This document shows positions 26,012-35,823 of a DNA stretch of 45,672 nt, piece after piece; positions within the stretch are counted from its first letter, which is position 1, and each line of letters starts with the position of its first letter. Source of the stretch: Alphaproteobacteria bacterium (lineage in GTDB: Bacteria; Pseudomonadota; Alphaproteobacteria; SHVP01); NCBI GenBank assembly GCA_029936875.1, contig JAPYRS010000004.1, forward strand, positions 1-45,672. Reading direction: 5' to 3'. The translations under genes and the position numbers were made by a program. Below the pieces are notes generated by a model. It did not search any database. It saw nothing but the letters and a program-made list of their open reading frames with translations, and had not been told where the DNA came from.

Positions 26012-26974
26012 ATGAGCATTACTGATCAAACGCCAAGCCGTTCACTGATTGGCCGCCGCCACGGCAAGAACAAAGACGCCGTTATTCTTGGCATTCTGAT
26101 TCTGTGTGCAGCCGTTGCCGTTTTCACGACCATCGGCATTGTGCTTTCGCTGATCTTTGAGACGGTGCGGTTTTTTCGCGAAGTGCCGATCTTTGATTTT
26201 CTGTTTGGCGTGCAATGGTCACCGCAGACCGCGATTCGCGCCGATCAGGTTGGTGCGACCGGCGCGTTCGGTGCACTGCCGCTTCTTGCGGGCACGTTTC
26301 TGATTAGCGCGATTGCAATGCTGGTGGCCGCACCCTTGGGCATGTTTGCGGCGATTTATCTCGCCGAATACGCCGGGCGTCGGGTGCGCGCGGTCGTCAA
26401 ACCCTTGCTCGAAGTTTTGGCGGGCATTCCGACCGTGGTCTACGGCTTCTTTGCCGCCCTGATTGTTTCGCCGTTTTTGCGCGATGCCGGGGCGGTCGCG
26501 GGGTTTTCGGTGTCGCCCGAAAGCGCTCTCGCCGCTGGTCTGGTCATGGGCATCATGATCATCCCGTTGGTTTCGTCGATTGTCGATGATGTGATTACGG
26601 CGGTGCCACAAAGTTTGCGGGACGGCTCTTACAGTCTCGGTGCGACGCAGGCGGAAACGATCAAGAACGTTGTCTTGCCCGCGGCCCGGCCTGGCATCGT
26701 CGGCGCGATGTTGCTGGGATCAAGCCGCGCCGTCGGCGAAACAATGATCGTGGTGATGGCGGCAGGTATGGCCGCCAACATGACCGGCAATCCGTTAGAG
26801 GCGGTGACGACGGTGACGGTGCAGATTGTCGCACTTCTGACGGGCGACCAAAGTTTTGACAGCCCGAAGACCCTGTCTGCGTTCGCGCTTGGGCTGCTGC
26901 TATTTGTGATTACGCTTGGCTTTAATGTCATCGCGCTGATGACGGTGCGACGGTTTGAGGCGCGTTATGACTGA
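26012..26974 (+). CDS. pstC: Phosphate ABC transporter permease PstC
   Basis: 320-aa polytopic permease with an EAA-like loop ...SLRDGSYSLGATQAETI..V.LPAARPGI. Confidence 0.9.
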   Translation: MSITDQTPSRSLIGRRHGKNKDAVILGILILCAAVAVFTTIGIVLSLIFETVRFFREVPIFDFLFGVQWSPQTAIRADQVGATGAFGALPLLAGTFLISAIAMLVAAPLGMFAAIYLAEYAGRRVRAVVKPLLEVLAGIPTVVYGFFAALIVSPFLRDAGAVAGFSVSPESALAAGLVMGIMIIPLVSSIVDDVITAVPQSLRDGSYSLGATQAETIKNVVLPAARPGIVGAMLLGSSRAVGETMIVVMAAGMAANMTGNPLEAVTTVTVQIVALLTGDQSFDSPKTLSAFALGLLLFVITLGFNVIALMTVRRFEARYD

Positions 26975-28268
26975 TACGACCGAGCCAACGGCCCTTCTGA
27001 CAGCCATTGATCTGACAGCACGGGACGCGCGGGTCCGAAAGCGCCACCGCGCTGAACTGCGATTTCGCGGCTACGGTATTTTTTCGATTGGCGTCGCCGT
27101 TGCCGCATTATTGTGGCTGTTTACCTCACTTGCCGTTGGTGGTGCGGGCGCGGTCTACACGACCTACATCAAAATTGATGTTCACTTAGATCAAACCGTC
27201 ATCGATCCGGACGCGACCGGCGATGCGGCGGTCTTTGCCAAAGCGAGTTACCAATCCCTGATTCGGTCCGGGCTTCGAAATCATTTTCCGGGTGTCACCG
27301 GCCGCCGCGATCAACGCGCTTTGAACGGCTTGGTTACTTTGGCCGCGCCTTACCTTCTGCGTGACATTGTTCTCGATGATCCGGCGTTGATCGGAACAAA
27401 AACCGGTATCTGGATTCTGGCTTCGGATGAAGCCGATCTGATCGCGCGTGGTAAAGGAACAAAGCGTTCAACCAAAAGCCGTAACGACGGTCAGGCAGCG
27501 TGGATTGCGGAGCTTCGCAGTCAGGACCGGGTCGAGCGGCGGTTCAACTGGCAGTTCTTCACCGGCGGCGACAGCCGCGAGCCTGAGCTTGCCGGCATTT
27601 TGGTCGCGATGATCGGCTCGGTCCTCAGTCTTCTCGTTTGTTTTGCGGTCGCATTTCCGGTTGGTGTGCTGGCGGCGGTTTACCTGCAGGAATTTGCGCG
27701 CCGCACCTGGATTACGACCCTGTTTGAGGTCAACATCAATAATCTTGCTGCCGTGCCGTCGATTATTTTTGGACTGCTCGGGCTCTACATCTTTCTCAAT
27801 GTGCTGCACCTGCCGCGCTCTGCGCCGTTGGTTGGCGGTCTGGTGCTCGCGCTGATGACGCTGCCGACAATTATCATTGCGTCGCGCGCCGCCTTGCAGA
27901 GTGTGCCGGAATCAATCCGTGACGGGGCGCTTGCTGTCGGGGCAAGCCGGGTGCAGGCAATTTTCCATCACGTCGTGCCGATTGCGCTGCCCGGTATGAT
28001 GACCGGAACGATCCTCGGCATGGCGCGGGCGCTCGGTGAAACTGCGCCGCTGCTGATGATCGGCATGGTCGCTTTTATCGTCGATGTGCCGAAATCAATT
28101 CTCGATCCGGCGACGGCGTTGCCGGTGCAAATATTTCTGTGGGCGGACAGCCCAGAGCGTGCCTTCGTCGATAAGACCTCTGCGGCAATTCTGGTATTGC
28201 TTGGTTTTATGGTGTTGATGAATGCGGGTGCCGTGCTGATCCGAAACCGATTTGAGGTGCGACTCTAA
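26967..28268 (+). CDS. pstA: Phosphate ABC transporter permease PstA
   Basis: Permease with ..[29 protein letters not shown].. The ATG at 26967 overlaps the pstC stop (ATGA). Confidence 0.9.
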   Translation: MTDTTEPTALLTAIDLTARDARVRKRHRAELRFRGYGIFSIGVAVAALLWLFTSLAVGGAGAVYTTYIKIDVHLDQTVIDPDATGDAAVFAKASYQSLIRSGLRNHFPGVTGRRDQRALNGLVTLAAPYLLRDIVLDDPALIGTKTGIWILASDEADLIARGKGTKRSTKSRNDGQAAWIAELRSQDRVERRFNWQFFTGGDSREPELAGILVAMIGSVLSLLVCFAVAFPVGVLAAVYLQEFARRTWITTLFEVNINNLAAVPSIIFGLLGLYIFLNVLHLPRSAPLVGGLVLALMTLPTIIIASRAALQSVPESIRDGALAVGASRVQAIFHHVVPIALPGMMTGTILGMARALGETAPLLMIGMVAFIVDVPKSILDPATALPVQIFLWADSPERAFVDKTSAAILVLLGFMVLMNAGAVLIRNRFEVRL

Positions 28269-28273
28269 GTTTC

Positions 28274-29098
28274 ATGAGCATGACTGAAAACACCGCCACT
28301 TCTTTGAATGCGGCCGCGGCCAACAGCGCGCCAACGCAGGGAGGCGCATTGTTAAGCGCGCGCGATATCGAAGTCGCCTACAGCGGCAAGGTGGCCTTAT
28401 CGGGTGTCAGCCTCGATATTCTGCCCAATCAGGTGACGGCGCTGATCGGCCCGTCCGGTTGCGGTAAATCGACCTTCCTCCGCTGCCTCAACCGCATGAA
28501 CGATGTCATCCCCGGCGCCAAAGTGAGCGGCGAGATCATGTTCGACGGCCATGACATTTTAGGTGCCGACATTGATGTGGTTTCGCTGAGGCGGCGGGTC
28601 GGCATGGTGTTTCAAAAGCCGAACCCGTTTCCAAAGTCCATCTACGACAACATTGCCTATGGCCCAAAAATCCACGGCCTCGCGCCAAACCGCGATGCTC
28701 TCGACGTGATCGTCCGGGACAGCCTTGAAAGAGCGGGGCTTTGGGGGGAGGTCCATGACCGGCTGAAATCGCCGGGAACCTCGCTTTCCGGTGGCCAACA
28801 GCAGCGCCTCTGCATTGCCCGCGCAATTGCCGTGAAGCCCGACCTGATCCTGATGGATGAGCCGTGTTCGTCGCTCGACCCGATTGCGACCGCGCGGATC
28901 GAAGAATTGATCGACGAGTTGCGCGAGCGCTATACAATCATCATTGTCACCCATTCGATGCAGCAAGCCGCGCGGGTTTCGCAGAAGACCGCGTTTTTCT
29001 ATCTCGGCGAATTGGTGGAAACCGGCGAAACCGACGATATATTTACCAGGCCGGCAGATAAGCGGACCCAGGCCTATATCACCGGCCGGGTCGGCTAG
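28274..29098 (+). CDS. pstB: Phosphate ABC transporter ATP-binding protein PstB
   Basis: Walker [10 protein letters not shown], signature LSGGQQQRL, Walker B LILMDEP. Confidence 0.95.
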   Translation: MSMTENTATSLNAAAANSAPTQGGALLSARDIEVAYSGKVALSGVSLDILPNQVTALIGPSGCGKSTFLRCLNRMNDVIPGAKVSGEIMFDGHDILGADIDVVSLRRRVGMVFQKPNPFPKSIYDNIAYGPKIHGLAPNRDALDVIVRDSLERAGLWGEVHDRLKSPGTSLSGGQQQRLCIARAIAVKPDLILMDEPCSSLDPIATARIEELIDELRERYTIIIVTHSMQQAARVSQKTAFFYLGELVETGETDDIFTRPADKRTQAYITGRVG

Positions 29099-29112
29099 AA
29101 GGACGACACGCC

Positions 29113-29841
29113 ATGACCGGATCAGAGCACATTGTAAAAGCCATGGATCACGAGCTTGCGCATCTCGATCATGTGATCGCGGAGATGGGCGGCCTTGCCG
29201 AACGGCAGTTGGAAGACGCGGTCGAAGCTTTGGTGCGCGGCGACTTCACGCTGGCCAAAAAGGTGATCGCTAAAGACGTCGAGATCGACGATCTAGAATC
29301 GGAGATCGCGCAATTTGTTGTGCGGTTTCTCGCCCGCCGCCAACCGATGGCCGATGACCTTCGCGCGATTGTCGCCGGATTAAAAATTGCCGCCAATATT
29401 GAACGGATCGGCGATTACGCAAAAAATATTGCAAAACGGACGCTGGTGATTGAAGACCCGACGCAACTGCAAAGCGCGCGCCACGCCATTGCCCGGATGG
29501 CGAAAGTCGTGCAGGAAATGATTTCCGGCGTGCTCGGCGCCTATATCGCCCGCGATGTGGCCCAAGCCAAAGACGTGCTTGCCCGCGATAGCGAAGTCGA
29601 TCAACTGAATACAAGCCTGTTTCGTGAATTGCTTACCTATATGATGGAAGACCCGCGGCAGATTTCCCGTTGCACGCATTTCTTGTTTATGGCGAAGAAC
29701 CTCGAACGGATGGGCGATCATGCGACCGGCATCGCCGAGCAGGTGACATTTATTGTCACCGGCGAAACGCCGCGCGAGGAACGCGCAAAACAGGACGCCT
29801 CAAGCGCGACGGTGCTCGACAGTTCCGACAGCAGCACATAA
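29113..29841 (+). CDS. phoU: Phosphate signalling complex protein PhoU
   Basis: Two PhoU repeats (..AANIERIGDYAKNIAK.. and ..AKNLERMGDHATGIAE..). Confidence 0.95.
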   Translation: MTGSEHIVKAMDHELAHLDHVIAEMGGLAERQLEDAVEALVRGDFTLAKKVIAKDVEIDDLESEIAQFVVRFLARRQPMADDLRAIVAGLKIAANIERIGDYAKNIAKRTLVIEDPTQLQSARHAIARMAKVVQEMISGVLGAYIARDVAQAKDVLARDSEVDQLNTSLFRELLTYMMEDPRQISRCTHFLFMAKNLERMGDHATGIAEQVTFIVTGETPREERAKQDASSATVLDSSDSST

Positions 29842-29862
29842 GTCCGCGATCAGGTTTCGATC

Positions 29863-30552
29863 ATGGGTGCCCGCATATTGATCGTCGAAGACGAACCGGC
29901 GCAGGTTGAGTTACTGGAATACAATCTGAAAGCGTCCGGGTTCGAAACCGATGTCGCGATGGACGGCGAAGAGGCGCTGCTGCGGATTCGCGAGAGCAAC
30001 CCCGACCTTGTCATTCTCGACTGGATGTTGCCAGGTCTCTCCGGCGTTGAAGTCTGCAGACGCATTCGTGCCGACAAATCGACGCGGCGTGTGCCGATCA
30101 TTTTGTTAACAGCCCGGGGCGAAGAACAGGACCGGTTGCGCGGGTTGGATACAGGCGCAGACGACTATGTCGTCAAACCCTATTCGCCGTCGGAAGTGAT
30201 TGCCCGGGTGCGGGCCGTACTGCGCCGCGCCGGCACGGCGTTGGATGAAGAGGTTATTGAATGGGCTGACATTGAGATGGATCTCGGCGCGCATAAAGTT
30301 ACCCGCGGCGGAAAAAATCTTCATTTGTCGCCAATCGAGTTCAAACTGCTCCGGACTTTGATTGAACGGCCGGGACGGGTCTATTCGCGGGAACAATTGC
30401 TCGATCAGGTGTGGGGGCAGGACATCAATGTTGAAGTGCGGACTGTCGACGTGCATGTGCGGCGCTTGCGAAAAGTTCTCAATGAAAACGGCGGCGACGA
30501 CCTCATCCGAACGGTGCGCGGCGAGGGCTACGCGGTCGAAAAAAACGCCTAA
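29863..30552 (+). CDS. phoB: Phosphate regulon response regulator PhoB (OmpR family)
   Basis: Receiver domain (ILIVEDE...LVILDWMLPG) plus a winged-helix output (..LSPIEFKLLRTL...VDVHVRRLRKVL). Confidence 0.95.
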   Translation: MGARILIVEDEPAQVELLEYNLKASGFETDVAMDGEEALLRIRESNPDLVILDWMLPGLSGVEVCRRIRADKSTRRVPIILLTARGEEQDRLRGLDTGADDYVVKPYSPSEVIARVRAVLRRAGTALDEEVIEWADIEMDLGAHKVTRGGKNLHLSPIEFKLLRTLIERPGRVYSREQLLDQVWGQDINVEVRTVDVHVRRLRKVLNENGGDDLIRTVRGEGYAVEKNA

Positions 30553-30655
30553 AACTGCCGTTTGGGGGTTAGTTCAGGGGTCGCAAGATCGCCCGCACCG
30601 CCCGTGCTAAACTTGTATTTCGAATAATGCAGATCACTCTAGGGAGGATGGACCG

Positions 30656-31553
30656 ATAAAAAATTGGCTTCGCTTAGGCGTATTGGCGCTACCCGTTGTG
30701 GCGGTTGCATGCGCCGGTTTACAGGTAAAAGAGGCGGAGATGATGTCCGCGCAAGGCAGCCTTTTTAAGGTTGCGCTTTACAAAAATTATCTCGAGCGCG
30801 CAGGCCGAATATGCCGAATATGATTTTGTTGATGCCGATGCCTTCGCCGAAAGGGCGATGATGGCCGGGCACGGCGGCAATGTGTCACCGGAAGCGATCG
30901 GTGCAAGGGATATTCCGGATAGTAGATTTCCCGCGCTTCGTTCTGCGCGCCGCGATCTGTTATCGATTTTGGCACGCGGCGGCGCATCCCGGGTGCCGCG
31001 CATGACGGCCCGCGCGCAGGTCGCTTTTGATTGCTGGATGCAGGAACAGGAAGAAAACATCCAGCCTGCCGATATCGCCGCTTGCCGCAGTGACTTTTAT
31101 GATTCGCTGATCCGTGTTCAAGGCGTGCTCGACCGGGATGCCCAAGCTGCGGCTCCGATGACGCCTGCGCCAGCACCAGCTGCGGCCCCAGCCCCAGCCC
31201 CGGCTCCGATGGTTGCACCGCGTGAGATGGTCGAATTCCGGATTCTGTTTCAGTTCGATAGCGCTGTGCTGACGCCGGCAAACAAACGCGCGGTTGTTGC
31301 CGCGGCCGCAAGGGCGAAAATTGCCGGAGTCGACAAAATACTTGTTATTGGACACGCCGACCGGTCGGGAAATGCAGCCCATAACCTTGCACTTTCGGAC
31401 CGACGCGCCGAGACTGTGCGTCGTGCGCTGATTGCGGCGGGCGTGCGGGCAAGCCAAATCAATGTCGAATCATACGGTGAATCTCAGCCGGCTGTAGCGA
31501 CGGCGGACGGTGTAAAGGCTGTTCTCAATCGTCGGGTGACGATCGCGTTTTAA
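30656..31553 (+). pseudogene. OmpA-family (peptidoglycan-associated) lipoprotein with a non-canonical/lost start codon and an internal frameshift
   Basis: The C-terminal OmpA_C domain (ORF 30771-31553: ..HADRSGNAAHNLALSDRRAETV..) is intact. The lipoprotein signal (I/M)KNWLRLGVLALPVVAVAC and ...LFKVALYKNYLERA are in another frame, starting at ATA 30656 (GGAGG 8 nt upstream) and ending at TGA 30821. The junction is at about 30800. Confidence 0.7.
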
Positions 31554-31610
31554 CCAAATACGGTGGAGCGGCATTGCCGCCCCTTCGCCGACATAACGAG
31601 GCCAATACGA

Positions 31611-32012
31611 ATGAATGTGACGAAAGCCAAACCTGACGCAGCCAAACTTGTCGAGGTGGTTGAAGCATACTTTGCCCGCGTCGACGGCGGCGATATCGAC
31701 GGGACGCTGGAATTGATGACGCCCGACTGTTTCCTGGAAGTGGTGACCGACAAAGTTCGCCATGAAGGCCGCGATGACGGCGTCCGCGGAACATTTGAGC
31801 GTCGGTTGGAACAGGTCGGTGAAGCGTGGCACGGCAACTTCAAACATATTGTCGATGTGGAGCAGGGCCGTGTTGGCAGTCGGTTTGACGTCAATCGAAC
31901 CTGGAAAGACGGCCGTTCCATGAGCCTCGACAACATCAATTTTTTCCAGTTTGAGGGTGCACTGATCAAATCGATTTCGGTCTGGATGAGCAACGAAAAC
32001 ACGCTTCTCTAA
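31611..32012 (+). CDS. SnoaL-like / NTF2-fold protein
   Basis: 133 aa. ..VVEAYFARVDGGDIDGTLELMTPDCFLEV.. is the typical SnoaL_2 N-terminal pattern. Start chosen at ATG 31611. Confidence 0.6.
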   Translation: MNVTKAKPDAAKLVEVVEAYFARVDGGDIDGTLELMTPDCFLEVVTDKVRHEGRDDGVRGTFERRLEQVGEAWHGNFKHIVDVEQGRVGSRFDVNRTWKDGRSMSLDNINFFQFEGALIKSISVWMSNENTLL

Positions 32013-32149
32013 AGGGCGCGATTACTCCTCGAAATGGGCCGGCATTTGCGTTCTGCCCAATAAATTCTGAACGGTCAGGTCGCGGCGATAAGTGACGCGG
32101 GCTTGTCGCTTTTCCGAACAACAATCCAATTAACTTAAGAGGCAATGAT

Positions 32150-33121
32150 ATGCGCGCCGTTGTGTGCCGGGCCTGGGGAACACCAGACACGTTGAAAATC
32201 GAAGAGGTGGCGACGCCGGAACCGAAGCCCGATGAAGTGCGTATTCGAATCCGCGCGGTCTCGGTGAACTTTGCCGATACCATCATGATCCTGGGGACCT
32301 ACCAGACGCGACCGGATTTTCCGTTTTCGCCGGGCCTTGAATGTGCCGGTGAAGTTGACGCCGTTGGGCCCGCGGTCACGCGATTTAAGGCGGGCGACCG
32401 GGTCATGGCGATCCTCAATTATGGCGGCTTTGCAGAATATGCCTGCGCCACTGAGAGCGAAACTTTTGCCATCGCCGACGACATGAGCATCGATGTCGCA
32501 GGCTCGTTTCTGATTAGCTATATCTCATCTCATGTGGCGATCCGCTGGCAGGCGAAATTGGAAGCCGGTGAGACCATGCTGGTGCTCGGTGCCTCAGGCG
32601 GCGTTGGGCTGACGGCAACCGAAATCGGCAAGGCGCTTGGTGCAAAAGTCATTGCCGGTGCGAGTACCGACGCAAAACTTGCCGTCGCCAAGGAACACGG
32701 CGCTGACGAACTGATCAATTACAAAGAGCAAAACCTAAAAGAAGAGGTCATGCGGCTGACCGACGGGAAGGGCGTGAACGTTTGTTACGACCCTGTCGGC
32801 GGCGACCTGTTCGACCCGGCCCTATCGTCGGTTGGCTGGGGTGGGCGTTATCTGGTGATCGGGTTTGTCGGCGGGGTGCCGCAAATTCCGGCGAACCGGC
32901 TTTTGGTCAAACACCGCTCGGCAATGGGATCGTCGCTTCGGTATTTTAGATTTCAAAGACCGGATTTACTTTTGAAATCGGTCGAGGAACTGGTGAGTTG
33001 GCAAGGGCTCGGAAAAATTTCGCCGCTGGTCTCAAAAACCTATTCGCTGGATGATTTCGAATTGGCGCTGAACGACCTGATCGAACGCCGCGCCACCGGC
33101 CGGGTTGTCATCAAACCCTAG
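32150..33121 (+). CDS. NADPH:quinone oxidoreductase family (MDR) protein
   Basis: 323 aa. MRAVVCRAWGTPDTLKIEEV..P.P...EVRIRIRAVSVNFAD, Rossmann motif GASGGVG. Confidence 0.9.
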   Translation: MRAVVCRAWGTPDTLKIEEVATPEPKPDEVRIRIRAVSVNFADTIMILGTYQTRPDFPFSPGLECAGEVDAVGPAVTRFKAGDRVMAILNYGGFAEYACATESETFAIADDMSIDVAGSFLISYISSHVAIRWQAKLEAGETMLVLGASGGVGLTATEIGKALGAKVIAGASTDAKLAVAKEHGADELINYKEQNLKEEVMRLTDGKGVNVCYDPVGGDLFDPALSSVGWGGRYLVIGFVGGVPQIPANRLLVKHRSAMGSSLRYFRFQRPDLLLKSVEELVSWQGLGKISPLVSKTYSLDDFELALNDLIERRATGRVVIKP

Positions 33122-33250
33122 TTGTCATCAAACTTTAATTGAAACGGTGCTCCCCTTGATGTGAAGAGGCCGATGGCCGCGGGCGGACTTTGCCCGAGAG
33201 GCGCGTCCGGATTTTCCGTGGGCGCGGTTTGGACTTCCATGGCGGAGTTC

Positions 33251-33679
33251 CTAGGCTGCGGTTATTTCTTCGTTTGAGCGGTCGTTCAACTTAACAAAAT
33301 CATCCGTGAGATCGCGCATGCTGCGCAGCAGCATATGCAGCAGGTCGCGAATGAAGGGATCGCTGCGACTCAGTTTTCGGGCGAACTGGTCCCGCGAAAT
33401 GACAATACAATCGGTGTCGCGAACGGCCTTCGCGCCGGACATGCGCGGCAACCGATCGATCGGCGACATTTCGCCGAAGATTTTGCCGGCCCCGACATAA
33501 CCGATCACAGCGTCGCCAGCAGCGGTTGATTTGGAAATTTCGATCAGGCCGGAGCGAACGATGAACGCGCGACGCCCATGCTGGCCTTCTTCAAAGATGG
33601 TGGCGCCGGCTGCAAAGCGGACGACTTCCATATTCTTTGGCGGCCGGATACGTCGGTCTTGTGGCGCAAGGACGTTCAA
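33251..33679 (-). CDS. Stand-alone cyclic-nucleotide-binding domain protein
   Basis: 142 aa with a cNMP-binding beta-barrel (..FEEGQHGRRAFIVRSGLIEI...GKIFGEMSPID..PRMSGAKA.). Confidence 0.8.
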   Translation of the reverse strand: MNVLAPQDRRIRPPKNMEVVRFAAGATIFEEGQHGRRAFIVRSGLIEISKSTAAGDAVIGYVGAGKIFGEMSPIDRLPRMSGAKAVRDTDCIVISRDQFARKLSRSDPFIRDLLHMLLRSMRDLTDDFVKLNDRSNEEITAA

Positions 33680-33886
33680 AATCCTATCTCCCTCAAAAAC
33701 CCCGCGGCGATTGCCGCACTCAACTTAACGGCGATACTAACCTAAACGTCCGCGTTCCGGCGGTGACGATGGTCACCATTGCGACGATATCCGCACATTT
33801 GGTCGAGACAGGGTTCCCGCCGGATGGGTGGCGGTGGGGAGGCGTGCTAGGGTTTTGCGAAACCAGTACTAGTCGACACGGCATCA

Positions 33887-34612
33887 ATGGACATCAAAAC
33901 CGAGAGTTCGGACGCAGAGCCCGCGCGTGGCAAATGGGGCGATATTCGCCGCGGCGTCATCCTTACACTGCCGATGCTGGTTGTATTTGGGCCGATTGGC
34001 GCGACATTTGGGGTGATTGCCGTTGAAGCGGGCATGTCCCCGTTCCAGACCATCTTGATGTCGTTTGTGGTCTACACAGGTGCCGCGCAATTGGCCGCGA
34101 TTCAACTGCTGATCTTTGACGCGCCGCTGGTCACGATTTACCTGACGACGCTGGTGATCAACTTCCGATACCTGGTGTTGTCGGCGACGCTTGCCCCGCA
34201 TTTGTCGACGTTCGGATTCCTTCCGCGCCTGTTTTATGGATTGCAGCTCACGGATGCCTCATTCGCAATTCACGTTAGTCGTTTTGCGAAAGCACCGCCG
34301 CGCCGGGTCGAAGTTTTCACGACGAACATCTTCGCCCATATTATTTGGGTAGTTGGCACATCCATTGGTGTCCTCGCCGGTAGTGCGGTTCCGGACCCGA
34401 CCCAGTTCGGAATCGATTTTGCCATGCCGGCGATGTTTATCGCGCTCGCAATTCCCTTAATCAAATCCAAAGCCGAAGTCGCTGTCGCGATCACGTCTGG
34501 TGTCGCAGCAATTGGCTTTAATGCGATCGGATTTCAACATTGGACGATTTTGGCGGCGACGGCTGTTGCCATGACCGTCGCATTCGGAGCGATACGGTGG
34601 AAACGAGCGTAA
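33887..34612 (+). CDS. azlC: AzlC family branched-chain amino acid exporter subunit
   Basis: 241-aa membrane protein, ..SFVVYTGAAQLAAIQLL.. is the AzlC signature. It is followed by an overlapping azlD. Confidence 0.85.
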   Translation: MDIKTESSDAEPARGKWGDIRRGVILTLPMLVVFGPIGATFGVIAVEAGMSPFQTILMSFVVYTGAAQLAAIQLLIFDAPLVTIYLTTLVINFRYLVLSATLAPHLSTFGFLPRLFYGLQLTDASFAIHVSRFAKAPPRRVEVFTTNIFAHIIWVVGTSIGVLAGSAVPDPTQFGIDFAMPAMFIALAIPLIKSKAEVAVAITSGVAAIGFNAIGFQHWTILAATAVAMTVAFGAIRWKRA

Positions 34613-34923
34613 TATATTACGCCATACTGGGGATGGGGCTGATCTCCATTGCCGTTAAAGCGGCACCAATCATGCTGCTCGCGCGACGGCGTCTTTCCAG
34701 TAGCGTTTTGGAAGTCGGACGGTTCCTGCCCATCGCGGTTCTTTCGGCGATGGCCGTCTCCGGTGTTTTTGCGCCGGGCGGACGGCTGGAGTTGGGGGCG
34801 GAGAACGTATTTTTGGCCGCTGCGCTGCCCACTTTGGTTGTGGCCGTTGTCACCCGGCAAATGCTTTTGACCATCGTTGTCGGAATTTTGGCAACGGCGC
34901 TTGCGCGCTGGCTGCTGTTTTAG
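34597..34923 (+). CDS. azlD: AzlD family branched-chain amino acid transport protein
   Basis: About 108-aa, four-TM protein. The GTG at 34597 overlaps the azlC 3' end. Confidence 0.8.
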   Translation: METSVIYYAILGMGLISIAVKAAPIMLLARRRLSSSVLEVGRFLPIAVLSAMAVSGVFAPGGRLELGAENVFLAAALPTLVVAVVTRQMLLTIVVGILATALARWLLF

Positions 34924-34997
34924 AAACTAAGGTCGAACCTGCCGAAGAGTAGGAAATCCAGCTCCCACCCTGTATGGTTTGAGCCTGTAATCGCCCG

Positions 34998-35810
34998 ATG
35001 GAGAAGAAAAATGCGGACTTTGTTTATTGCGTGCGCGGCATTTTTTTGGTGATGAACGGTGCCCAGGCGTTTAACGAAGCCGATCTCGCGGGTCTCAAAG
35101 CAACCAATGCCTGCCCGCGGTGCGACTTGCGCGGCGCTGACCTCAAAGGACTCAACCTCGCCCGTGCCAATCTTGCCGGTGCGGTGCTGCGGGATGCGGA
35201 TCTAAAGGACGCAAACCTCACAAGTGCCAATCTTTCCCGGGCTGATCTGCGGCGCGCCGATGTTGAAAAGGCAATCGCGCGACGGGTTAACCTTTCAGGC
35301 GCAAAGGCCGCCGGTGCCGATTTTGAAAAAGCGGACCTAAGCGGTGCGAATTTATCTGGCGCTGATATTCGCAATTCGGATATGGAAGAGACCAACCTTC
35401 AGGACGCCAATCTCGACAAGGCGAATATTGCCGGTGCTGATTTCAAGCGGGCCGATCTCACCCAGACGACGATGCGCGGTGCGCGCGGCGAAAACGTAAA
35501 TTTTGAACGGGCGATCCTGACCAGTACCAATGCTGAAGGAGCTGTGCTTTCCCGGGCCGATTTTGATCGTGCCAGTTTGGCCGGCGCTAATTTGACCAAG
35601 GCCATTCTTACCAACGCGCGAATCAAATGGACCGATTTTTCCGGTGCCATTCTGACCGGAGCCAATATTAAGGATGCGGTGATGCGATTGACGCGGTTTA
35701 ACGGCGTCGACCTTTCCGGTGTTCACGGCCTCACGCAGGCACAACTCGACCGCGCCTGCGGCGACGGCGGCACAACGGTGCCGGACGGCATGTCGATCGG
35801 TTCCTGCTAA
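34998..35810 (+). CDS. Secreted pentapeptide-repeat protein (the 5' end is probably frameshifted at a T7 run)
   Basis: About 200 aa of A(D/N)LxG/A pentapeptide repeats. A much better signal peptide, MRTLFIACAAFF, starts at ATG 35011 (GGAGA RBS) in the +1 frame and joins LVMNGAQA only if the T7 run at 35041-35047 were T8. Confidence 0.8.
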   Translation: MEKKNADFVYCVRGIFLVMNGAQAFNEADLAGLKATNACPRCDLRGADLKGLNLARANLAGAVLRDADLKDANLTSANLSRADLRRADVEKAIARRVNLSGAKAAGADFEKADLSGANLSGADIRNSDMEETNLQDANLDKANIAGADFKRADLTQTTMRGARGENVNFERAILTSTNAEGAVLSRADFDRASLAGANLTKAILTNARIKWTDFSGAILTGANIKDAVMRLTRFNGVDLSGVHGLTQAQLDRACGDGGTTVPDGMSIGSC

Positions 35811-35823
35811 CGGGGCCGGGTCG

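Noticed and set aside
31135-31215. Apparent short tandem repeat (GCNCCN)n inside the OmpA gene.
   Set aside because: It encodes the Pro/Ala-rich linker (APMTPAPAPAAAPAPAPAPMVAP) that commonly separates the N-terminal and OmpA_C domains. It is a coding low-complexity region, not a regulatory repeat.
35100-35700. Periodic 15-nt repetition that could be mistaken for a DNA repeat array or CRISPR-like structure.
   Set aside because: The periodicity is the coding signature of pentapeptide repeats (A[D/N]LxX). The units are degenerate at the DNA level, with no spacers or leader.
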